Below, one piece after another: positions 22,804 through 33,160 of a DNA stretch of 33,160 bases. Under the pieces are notes generated by a model. That model made no database searches. It worked only from the letters and a program-made list of their open reading frames with translations, and was not told the DNA's origin. Source of the DNA: Nemertoderma westbladi (Eukaryota > Animalia > Xenacoelomorpha); assembly GCA_032718475.1 (NCBI GenBank), contig JAUCBJ010005226.1, forward strand, positions 1 through 33,160, in the 5' to 3' direction. The position numbers and the translations under genes were made by a program. The first letter of the stretch is position 1, and each line of letters begins with the position of its first letter.

Positions 22804-23995
22804 CAGTCAGGGAGATCATCAAATTTGAGAATACCTCAAATTTCAAATTATAGACCCAATTTTGGAATTACCTCAAATTTAATACAAGGTTAGGTTAATT
22901 CTCTAAATTTGAGTTTTACCCCAAATTTGAATTTCATAGCAGCATAGTCAGATACAGACAGAAGTCATAGTTGGCCTAGTTCAGCAGTTGTTAGCTTGTT
23001 ACTGTATTGCAAAGTTACTGTATTAAATAAACTGATGTAGGCCTAGTGTCTGAGTGTTGTGAAATATAATATTTAAAACATATTCAGTATTAGTTTAAAA
23101 AGGCTTATACTTAAAAACGCTACTGGTAGGGGTGCAGTGGGGTGGTATGTGGTATGATCAGATGGTAGACACTAGACATATAAAACGAAGTACAGTACAG
23201 AGCTTAAAGAACTTATATTTTTATATTGTTACTTTTTTGCATGAGTATGCCCTAAAATCGGGAGAAAAAGTAGTAGGCTTACTTTTTTTCCCTACTGGTA
23301 GGGAAAAAGTTGTCCCCATAATATCTGAATATTGTAACTTTTTGTTGGGCACAGCTTTTGCAAAGTCGGCAACACAGCAACCTGCAATAATATTGAATAA
23401 TATTGCCACATAATAATGTACCATAGAGCCATAATTTTGTATTGATTTTACTTTTTATCCCGGTAAAAAAAGTAAAATAAAACATTGGCACTTGTGTCAA
23501 ATAGGGGACCCTCCTAGCTCATAATCTGCTAATCCTGAAATCACCTAAACTAAAGTTACTTTCATTAGCAGATTAGTGCCCGGTTACAGGGTGCAGGGTG
23601 CAGGGTTAGCAAAGGAGCAGGTTACAGATGTGAGTTGAAAGTAACCAAAAAACTACACCCTACTGCTGGCAGGCTGGTGATGTTGTAAAGACTGGCGAAA
23701 TTTGAGGTTTTGTCTCAAATTTGAGGTTTAACCTCAAATTTCAATTTTCGCCCCCAATAAAAGCATGTTTGCATCGGTGAAATATTTTATTGCATCGATA
23801 AAAGTTCTTATTTTACATTATATTTTAACATATTAAAAGTAGAAGTTGCTCCAACAGATTCCCTAAGTCGCAGCAACACTCGATATTATGAGCCTAAAAA
23901 TACCTCAAATTTGAACAAAAAACCCCAATTTTCGACAGTATATTACCAAAATTCGAAATTTGGGGTAACCCCAAAATTGATGATCTCCCTGACTG
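22804..23995. mobile_element. Non-autonomous TIR element (1192 bp), TIR CAGTCAGGGAGATCATCAA, 5-bp TSD ACGGG, subterminal CCTCAAATTT repeats
   Basis: Perfect 19-bp inverted termini. ACGGG at 22799-22803 and 23996-24000. Confidence 0.85.
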
Positions 23996-24629
23996 ACGGG
24001 CAGAACACCAATGCGCCCCCGTATCCGCGTACACATAGGCAAGACATATACAATAAATAGGAACACACACGCAGACACACGCAACACGCATCAATGCTCC
24101 GCCCACCACAGCACCAGCCCAATCAAAAATATCTCATCGTTGTATTGTATTACAAAAATGTCTATATATATCTATAGGCCTATATATGGGAAAGTAAATT
24201 ACAGAACTAATAGATAGGCCTAGACAGATTAAACGAATAGGGCCTAGACATTAATTAGGCCTACCGGTTAACATAATTATAATAATAAGTTGGTTCTTGG
24301 TTGTGGTAATTAGAAACCAGTATGTTATACTGTTATACGTAGATAAACCGGTATTCAATATAAAAAGAGCGTGCAATGTAGGCCTATGATGTACCTTACT
24401 AATATCGGGATTGCCTATTATTGCCCTTCACCGTTTTCCAATTATTATTATAGTTCGGAAATTACAAAGTTAGGTAGGCCTAGAGTTTAGAATACCTTAG
24501 ATACAGCTAGATCAGTACACAGTACTAACTAATACTGGTACCTAAGATTCAGATCCGAGAATTCCACTATATATAATACTGTAATCAGGTAATAGTTGTA
24601 GAATGCATTGTACGTAGCGGTACCATCAG

Positions 24630-25015
24630 TGCGTCAGGTAACAGAAGTCGTCCACATGCTCAAGCATACCATCCTTTGAGCTTACAGGCTTATGCTCATC
24701 CGATCAGAGACTTGCTGAGGACTTTCAAAGTTGACTGTCAAAATTTTGGTCTTTCTGGAGTTAATAAAAAGACCAACACTAGAAGCAGCATGTTCTAATG
24801 AGCTGAACTGCTGAGGAGCCGTTGGGCTCCCTCTAGTGATTCTGAGAGTACCGGTACTCCTAAGTGATCAGCAAAGTCTACATCAGTTAGGTAGGCCTAC
24901 TTGGCAGGATTTCCTCGACTTCTGGCATCTGGAGCCAGTAGCAGTCTGACTGTGGACTGTAGCAGTGTAGAGTGTTAGGTTGCCCTTCTTGGGAACTGGC
25001 ACCAACTTATTTGTT
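24630..25015 (-). mobile_element. RTE-clade LINE RT fragment, copy A (internally deleted)
   Basis: LVPVPKKGNLT (~25010-24975) then RSRGNPAK..YLTDVDFADHLGV..LSESLEGAQRLL...A..VGLFIN.RKT...HVDDFCYL. Confidence 0.8.
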
Positions 25016-25070
25016 TTCATTTCTTGTTGGACTCTTGTGCTTGTCTACTTGTTGTTCGGTACATGTCTAA

Positions 25071-25140
25071 TAGGGCTCGATCGGAGTTGGGATTTGGCCG
25101 GAGCCGGAGATGGACAATTTGGCCGGAGCCGGAGTTTTTC
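25071..25140 (+). mobile_element. Probable hAT-type terminus (TAGGGCTCG followed by two TTTGGCCGGAGCCGGAG subterminal repeats)
   Basis: Terminal TAGGG and GCCGGA repeats are typical of hAT elements. No matching second end found. Confidence 0.35.
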
Positions 25141-25816
25141 AAAAAATTTAATTAGTGATTAAAAAAAATAAAGTACTGAAGTATGGTTATCGTTCGCCAA
25201 TCACTCATAATTAATCATAGGTCTAATTAATTTCATATTTTCAGAATTTATAGATTTACGAATTTTCAATTTAAAATTAAGTAGGCCTAGGTACCGGTAC
25301 CGCATACCGGTAGGGGTAATTAATTTAACATGGACAGACGGCCTGACTGCCTGACGCGGACGGCTAAAAATTACCTACAGTAGGCCCTACCTAACTTACT
25401 ACAGTACTAACTGTCTAACTGTGGTAGATAGGTGTGTACTGTAGACAGGTAGATACCGTACGCGTACCAGTACTGCAGTACAGTCTGACAGTCAGACAGT
25501 ATGCTGGCATGACCTGATGACAGCACAGCAGTAGTAAATGGCTGAGGTGGTACAGCTTACAATCATAGCATTTACAATTTTTTACAGTAGGGCAGGGCCT
25601 ACCTGTACCTGTAATAGCAGAATAGTCTGCTAGTCAGCCAGTACTCAGTAGGCCTACTGCAGTACCAGTACTGCAGTACGGAGTAGGGTAGGATACCCCA
25701 ATTCCGGACAGAATTTCGAATTTCTCTCTATTGTAGCTCAACCATAATTTCATCCAATCAAAAGATGGTTCTAACACTAACAGTACAGGACATTATCCTA
25801 CATCAAAATAAAATCT

Positions 25817-26296
25817 CGGTCCTACGAATTACCCCAAAATACCCCAAAACACCCCAAAATACCCCAAAAGACCCCAAAATAGTATAAAACTACCCCAAAA
25901 TACCCCAAAATAGTTTATAATTACCCCAAAATACCCCAAAATAGTTTAGAATTACCCCAAAATACTTTTTTTTGAGCCTTTGTTTTGGAAATTTAATTTA
26001 CCCCAAAATATGGCAAAATGACGAATTACCCCAAAATAATGACGAATTACCCCAAAATAATTAAAAAATTTTTCTTCACTCTCGTTTATTGTTTTGGTTA
26101 AAAAAACTTGCCACTGTAACCTGCTCCTTTCCCTCGCTGTTAAAAAACATTGTTAGCTTATTTTGGGGTATTTTGGGGTAATTTTTTAGCCTTTTTGGGG
26201 TATTTTGGGGTAATTTTTGACTATTTTGGGGTATTTTGGAGTATTTTGGGGTATTTTGGGGTGTTTTGGGGTATTTTGGGGTAATTCGTAGGACCC
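25817..26296. mobile_element. Foldback/MULE-like MITE (480 bp); TIR GGTCCTACGAATTACCCC followed by 10-bp ACCCCAAAAT arrays; TSD TAAAATCT
   Basis: Inverted arms read directly. TAAAATCT at 25809-25816 and 26297-26304. Confidence 0.9.
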
Positions 26297-27518
26297 TAAA
26301 ATCTTAACATTGAGTGCCCAGCGCCATCTAATGGGCGCAAATGGGCACTTTTTTTTACAAGATTGGGTTGTCCGGTATTCAGGTATTTGGGCAGGTGTCC
26401 AATTTCCGGACAGAGTATAAATTTGTCTCTTCCTATGTCTGTTTGCTCTACAAATCTATAGTTTACATTATAGAAAGGTGCCTAAGACCCGAATACATGT
26501 ATCACCATGCTGCCATGTTGTCAGGGGGTGGGGTGTGGGTCTGTTCAGTGGTCTACCTGTCTGTTTGTCTGTCTTTCCACAACTTAAAAACACTAGTTCA
26601 TTAAAGTCTGAATTCATACAATTTTCCGATTTGCACCGGTCCTACGAATTACCGCAAAAGACCGCAAAAGACCAAAAAAGACCGCAAAAGACCACAAAAG
26701 ACCGCAAAATACCACAATAGACCGCAAAAGACCACAAAAGACCGCAAAAAACCACAAAAGACCGCAAAAGACCGCAAAAGACCAGAGAAGGCATGGATAT
26801 ACTGCGGTCAGCCTAAACACCCAACTACACCCAACTTTCACCCAACTACACCCAACTTTCACCCAACTACACCCAACTTTCAGCCAACTACACCCACAAA
26901 GTTCCACCCCACTACACCCAACTTCCATTTCCACTCTGCATCCAACTTACACAAAACTATACCTACTGTATGGCACCAAACTTCCACAAATTACAATATG
27001 TACAGTAACAAACTCTTCGAGGAATTGCTGAGATATGAGCTTTTAAATGTTTCATGTACTGTATGTTGCCCCCACTGCTGAGCAATTATGAAAATAACAA
27101 ACTAACGTTTTATATTTATTGCAGGTTGGTTCTAGAATAATTGATGAATTTGGCAATAAATATACAAAGGAGAGACGCAGAGACTATTGACGAACGATCC
27201 AAGCTACAGTATAAAACTAAACTGGCGCTATGGGATTGTGGTGAAAATGAAAACGGTATTGATACACAGGAGGGTCACCGTCACAGCCTTAACGACGAAA
27301 TCGCATTGGAAACTTCTGTTATGGGAATAGCAATGCAGATAATTCGTACAAAGTTAATGGACATAATATTATACAGTATGTTTAATGCAATTAAAATAAT
27401 GTAATTATCCTTTATGTATCATAGAATACAAGAAAAAGAATGTAACATTATTTTCAGCAGCTTTATTTTAATCTTGGGCCCATGTAAACACTTTCTGCCG
27501 TTATATATTTAACTTTGC

Positions 27519-27730
27519 AGTTGCCCCCATGTGAAGAATCCCAGGTTTTCATTAAAATCACAGGTTACAAAAGGGCTGAATCTAACCAAAACAATAAACG
27601 AAATTTAGCCGTATCAAAACGAAACGTATGAAAAAGATAAATTAAAAAAAATAAAAAATCTTCATACATAAAATTCCAATAAAATGTCGACCGAAAAGTG
27701 AAATCCTGGTATTATTCACATGGGCGAACT
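27519..27730. mobile_element. Small nested TIR element in the left arm
   Basis: AGTTGCCCCCATGTGAAGAATCCCAGGTTTTCA vs reverse complement AGTTCGCCCATGTGAATAATACCAGGATTTCA. Absent from the other two arm copies. Confidence 0.65.
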
Positions 27731-27934
27731 TTATGGCCTTTATATTAATTAATTTTTAACGAAACAACAGCAATAATTTTAGAACATTTTACATTTTTGA
27801 TAAACTAAAAGGGTATCTGGTAAGATCTGTACAGGTCAAGGGAATTTCTGCAAGGAACTTATTATGATCTTCACATACAGGCGATGCCAGAATGGACAAG
27901 ATCTCTACAGTATGAGAATCGATAAGATCGTTAT

Positions 27935-28140
27935 CACATGCTCAAGCATACAATCCTTTGAGCTTATGCTCATCCGATCAGAGACTTGCTGAGGACTTTC
28001 AAAGTTAATTGTCAAAATTGTGGTCTTTCTGGAGGTAATAAAAAGACCAACACTAGAAGCAGAATGTTCTAATGAGCTGAGGAGCCGTTGGGCTCCCTCT
28101 AATGATTCTGAGAGTACTCCTAAGTCATCAGCAAAGTCTA
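27935..28140 (-). mobile_element. RTE-clade LINE RT fragment, copy B, inside the 3.4-kb foldback
   Basis: DFADDLGVLSESLEGAQRLLSSLEHSASSVGLFITSRKT...; near-identical to 24652-24880. Confidence 0.8.
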
Positions 28141-28429
28141 TCTGATCAACATTGAGGTTTCCAAGCTAAATTCTCACATGTGAATGAATAATATGTCACA
28201 CACTTTAGGTATGTTGCTACATAGTCGGATCCCAAGTAGGGTTTCTCATCGGGCTTTAATGTGGATCAGTTGGCGAAAATCTTCAAAAGTTACTTACGAA
28301 TGAATTTTTCGTTACAGACAGACAAGCGGACAGAACGACCGACTGGAGATGAAATTTTGCCCTATTTTTACTAATTGCAATTGTGCGCTAAGGCTTGCCC
28401 TGACTGCGTGACTCGTCCCACAGAACACC

Positions 28430-28650
28430 AAACTCTCCAACCAACTACACTCAACTTTGACTCACTTTCACCCAACTACACTCCACTTCCACCCAACTCT
28501 CACCCAACTACACCCAACTTTCACCCAACTACCCCCAACAACACCCAACTTTCACCCAACTACACCCAATTCTCCACCCAACTACACCCAACTATCACCC
28601 AACTACAGTACACTCAACATTGTCTCACTTCCACCCAACTACACTTACCT
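28430..28650 (+). repeat. Internal CACCCAACT(A/TT) 10-11 bp array
   Basis: Same unit as the foldback arm arrays, more degenerate. Confidence 0.85.
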
Positions 28651-30844
28651 TTCACCACTTTCTCGCAGGTCAGGATTTTTGAAAATAAAAAATTATAAAG
28701 CAAATTATAAAATTGTCAAAAACCATACAAATCCTAATCTACGTCGCTTTTTTGGATGTGAAGATGGAGTAGGACATACAGTACAATATATCTAATGTTT
28801 AGTTCTGAGGCATAACAGCGAGAACATGCGAGCCACGTAGTAAAGGCGAGCCTTAACGCACTATGATAATTAGTAAATACTGGAAAATTTATTTCGAGTT
28901 ATTATCATATTCGAGTTAGTGAAATATTGAAACGAGGGACCGAAGTGAGATAAAAGTACATTATACACTATAATACGTTGTTTTATTGTTAAATTTCTTG
29001 ATTACTTAACGCTCGTCTATGGACGAGCCGCAAATAATCCATCTATCTACTATATTTACGGCTTGTCCAAGGACAAGCGTTAAGTAATTCAGAAATTTAA
29101 CAATAAAATATTATAATTATCCTTTGTATCATATTACAAGAAAGATTGTAACATACAGTAGTCTTTATTTTCAACAGTTTTATTCTAAACTTCGTGGCCT
29201 TTATATTAATTTGATCTTATCTTTCGTTTATTATTTTGGTTCCATGAGAAATTTATTATTCGCCTATATTATACAGAAAGTACTTTATTTGCTAACCATT
29301 AAGATTGGATCAGGGAGCCAAATGGAGTGTAAACTTGAGACATGTAAAATGTAATGAGAAATGTAAAAAGTTCTAAAATTATTTCTGTTGTTTCGTTAAA
29401 AATTAATTAATACAGTATAAAGGCCATAAAGTTTAAGATAAAGAAGCTGAAAATAATGTTACAGTTTATTTTCTTGTATTTTATGATACATAAAGGATAA
29501 TTACATTATTATAATTGCATTAAACATACTGTATAATATAGAACTTATGTCCATTAACTTTGTACGAATTATCTGCATTGCTATTCCCACAGCAGAAGTT
29601 TCCAATAATGCGATTTCGTCGTTAAGGCTGTGACGGTGACCCTCCTGTGTATCAATACCGTTTTCATTTTCACCGCAATCCCACAGCGCCAGTTTAGTTT
29701 GTACTGTAGCTTAGTTTGGAGTTTTGATGCGTGGTATGTGTAGACATCTATAGGTATCTGGATCGTTCGTCAATAGTCTCTGTGTCTCTCCTTTGTATAT
29801 TTATTGCTAAATTCATCAATTATTCTAGAATCAACCTGCAATAAAAATAAAATGTTAGTTAGTTATTTTCATAATTGCAGGGCAGTGATGGCAAAATACA
29901 GCACGAGTACATGCAACTTTTAAAAGTTCATATCTCAGCAATTCCTCAAAGAAGTTCAGAGTTTGTTACTGTACATATTGTAATTTGTGGAAGATAGGTG
30001 CCATACAGTATAGTTTGGTGTAAGTTGGATGCTGTTGTGTTGAAGTTGGGTGTAGTTGGTGAAAGTTGGGTGTAGTTGGGTGGTAGTTGGGTGAAAGTTG
30101 GGTGTAGTTGGGTGAAAGTTGGGTGTAGTTGGGTGTAGTTGGGTGTAGTTGGGTGAAAGTTGGGTGTAGTTGGGTGATTAGGCTGACCCGATATACTGCA
30201 AGACGAATTACCGCAAAAGACCAGAAAAGACCGCAAAAGACAGCAAAAGACCGCAAAAGACAGCAAAAGACCACAAAAGAGCACCAAGAAGTGAAAATTT
30301 AGTATTAGCGAGTGTCAGGCGCAGTCAGGCAGTCAGGTCAATGTATAGAAGTTTTGTAGACCTACATTATGAATCAGACTGTCTGATCTGAAATTATTAT
30401 ACAGTACATTGCAGCATTGTCATAGGCCTAATGTGTTAATTAGATTTTGATACAGTTCAACAATTATTTCACAACTTATTATTGTTTTAGGTTTGCTGGA
30501 TGGAAATGTGGGAAGGTGGATGGGAATGTGAATGTGGGAATCAATAAACGCTGTTGTTACCTACCATTTTAAGGAAAGGAGCAGGTTACAGCGGCAGCAT
30601 TCTAACCAAAACAATAAACTATGTTGTTAACGGTACCAACCACAGTACAAATTGAGGGAAAGTAGCAGAGGATCGGACAGCCACAGCACAATGATCGGTG
30701 AACAAAACAAGCCCAAAACAAACAAGCCAATAAAAACAAAGAAGACAATGAGCTAGATGGCAAAATAGGCCCCTACAAAATATTGTAGTTAAAAAGTACT
30801 GTAAAAGTTTGGTGTGGTATGGTCAATGGTCATTATGTGATTAC

Positions 30845-31810
30845 GGGTCTGCCAAACACCCAACTTTCACCCAACTCAGCAACTACACGGTGTAGTCTAC
30901 ACCCCACTTCCGCCCAACTACACAACTTTCACCCAACTACACCCAACTTCAACCCAACTGTATCCAACTTACACCAAACTATACTGTATAGCACCCAACT
31001 TCCACAAATTATAATAATGTACAGTAACAAACTCTGAACTTCTTTCAGGAGTTGCTGAGATATGAGCTTTTTAAAAGCTTCATGTACTGTATTTTGCACC
31101 CACTGCTGAGCAATTTATGAAAATACTGTAACAAACTAACGTTTATATTTATTGCAGGTTGGTTCTAGAATAATTGATGAATTTAACAATAAATATACAA
31201 AGGAGAGACCGAGACTATTGGCGAACGATCCAGATACCTACAGATGTCTACAGTATATACATATACCATACTCACCAAAATCCCAACCTAATGAAGCTAC
31301 ATGTACAAACTAAACTGGCGCTGTGGGATTGCGGTGGAAATGAAAACGGTATTGATATACAGGAGGGTCACACTGTTAACGACGAAATCGCATTGGAAAC
31401 TTTTGTTGTAAGGAATGACAATGTTTATAATAAGTAGAAATTTAATGGACATAATTTCTATATTATACAGTACTGTATGTTTAATGCAATTATAATAATG
31501 TAATTATCCTTTATGTATCATAGAATACAAGAAAAAAACTAAGCAGCTTTATTTTAAAAATCATGGCCTTTATATTAATTAATAATAATTTATAACAAAA
31601 CAACAGAAAGAATTTTATAACTTTTTACATTTTTGATAAACTAAAATGGGATCTGTACAGATCAAGAGAAATTCTGCAAAGAACTTATGATTCACTTCTT
31701 ATTATCATTACTTCTTATTCTTTCTTATTATTATCATTCTTATTATGATTCACATACAGGCAATGCCAGAATGGACAAGATCTTTACGAGAATCGATAAG
31801 ATCGTTATAC
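30845..31810 (+). mobile_element. Third, solo arm of the CACCCAACT foldback family
   Basis: Begins GGGTCTGCCAAACACCCAACT and aligns to 26805-27934 (minus the nested insert) up to GAGAATCGATAAGATCGTTAT. Confidence 0.8.
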
Positions 31811-33160
31811 AGTACAGATCTTAGTGGAACTAATAATTCATCACACTAAGGTAGAGAATTGCGTACGTTGATCAATGTATGTTCGCGCTTTTGAAGACCT
31901 TTAGCAGTTTAACCTGCCAAAATTTATATGTCTTTTAGTTAATTAAAACCACCTTTAGCATACGACAATATTTTATGCTAATACGCAAAACACTAGCCGA
32001 AGTCAGCCCATGCGCGATCATTCACCCGATGGATCTACACCCGGGAGACTGAATTCGGATGCTTAAATTTTATTATTGCAGTGTAAGGTTGCAGTGTATA
32101 CCTACTGTATTATTCGATAGATCGTTAATAATTAATCTCTGACAGATATTATTGGCTTTCGGGAAATATTAACAGTTCCTTTAGGACGTGGCGCTTTATC
32201 TATTTAAACAGAACTAAGACTTATACTAAAACGCAACGATACTGCTTATGATTGAAGTATAAAGCGTATTCTTTAGGAAATACTTTGTTACCAATCACAA
32301 TCATACACACTATTCTGCCGACCGTCAGTATATTTGATCACACATAAAGAGAGCAGCAATTGACTCACGTAGGGTCTGCTAAATAACATTGGATTCAATA
32401 CACACCACATTAATATAAATCGCAATTGTTATGTATAGCCGGTCTCTCTAACCTGTAGTGTATCAAGAAAATTGGGAATTTGGGTGATTTATCCGTATTA
32501 TCCAAAGAGCAATATTTCCATCAACAAATAGGTACAATTAATAACTGACGGTAAAATAACAGTACAAACAATATGATTAATGCAATTAAATTAAGTGAGT
32601 ATGTTAATTAGTGAGGTAAGGTTAGTTAATGAGTTGTAACAGTTTATACTTTCGATAATTTAAGCAGTTTTACTAGAGTTCTTCCCAAAAAGCCGGTGTT
32701 ATGGCGAAAATGGGAACACAACAACAGAATCATATAAAATCATATGACTACTACTACTATACGAGTATACCAAAAACTCTTATTCCACGAAGCCCCGTTC
32801 AACACAGAGGATGAGCAGTGAGATAGGAAATTCAGTTCAGTAGCGCTGGGATAGGTCGAAATCAACGCCTACGCAAATTCTATTGGCCGACACGGACAGC
32901 AGGGTATAAGCTACCTCCCTAAACTAGTTGGCCGATTAAACTGAGCCCAGATATCTCCGTACAGCACATCAGCCAATAAGCTGGTAGCTTGCACTATTTT
33001 AGTTATAAATCCCTTTGAGAGTATTTTAGCGACCGGGGGGGAACTGGCCAGCAAAGGCAAACGTATCAGTTATCCCACAAAAGCTTTTACAATGTAATCA
33101 TATAGACGCGGCCTGTGGTCTCTAGTACATACAGTATATGTACAGTCAGTGGCGGTAGGG

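Larger units (their letters stand above)
26805..30189. mobile_element. 3.4-kb foldback/MULE-like element; ~0.8 kb inverted arms beginning GGTCAGCCTAA with CACCCAACTA/CACCCAACTTT arrays; 9-bp TSD GATATACTG
   Basis: 26805-~27800 is the reverse complement of ~29360-30189, apart from a nested insert. GATATACTG at 26796-26804 and 30190-30198. Confidence 0.88.
26637..30285. mobile_element. One arm of a related foldback element (CGGTCCTACGAATTACC + ACCGCAAAAG array), split by the 26805-30189 insertion
   Basis: Array at 26651-26790 resumes at ~30203-30280 (GACGAATTACCGCAAAAG...) after the nested element. No right terminus seen. Confidence 0.7.

Noticed and set aside
30040-30180. (TAGTTGGGTG)n as an interstitial telomere
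   Set aside because: The unit is not a known telomeric repeat and lies within a TIR arm bounded by a TSD.
26614-31037. ORFs with TQLHP / VGCSW / FAVFCGLL repeats
   Set aside because: They are translations of 10-11 bp foldback arrays, not genes.
32790-33000. tRNA/SINE-like or promoter-like segment (GGTCGAAATC, CCAAT boxes)
   Set aside because: No cloverleaf or convincing A/B box spacing, and the window edge prevents assessment.

Overview
Eukaryotic (animal, probably invertebrate) genomic window with AT-rich, transposon-dense intergenic DNA. It carries two intact minus-strand housekeeping genes: SSRP1 (FACT subunit; two exons, 7904-6690 and 5656-4556, 771 aa) and an intronless NCOA5/Neosin-like gene (21009-19021; RRM, conserved NCOA5 core with LxxLL, and two internal peptide repeat arrays). 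The rest consists of decayed LINE fragments (CR1, RTE and others), several non-autonomous TIR/foldback DNA transposons with readable target-site duplications (including a ~890 bp near-perfect palindrome and a nested 3.4 kb foldback), and minisatellites. The most unusual signal is a heavy load of short TA-anchored insertions (TA to TAGGCCTA, TACCGGTA, TACAGTA or TACTGTA). These can be shown to be insertions by comparing repeat copies and pseudogene reading frames within the window, and they pile up in clusters. A second signal is one bipartite motif that recurs in the cores of several unrelated TIR elements and is also amplified as a 68-bp minisatellite. All counts and alignments were done by eye; no database searches were run.
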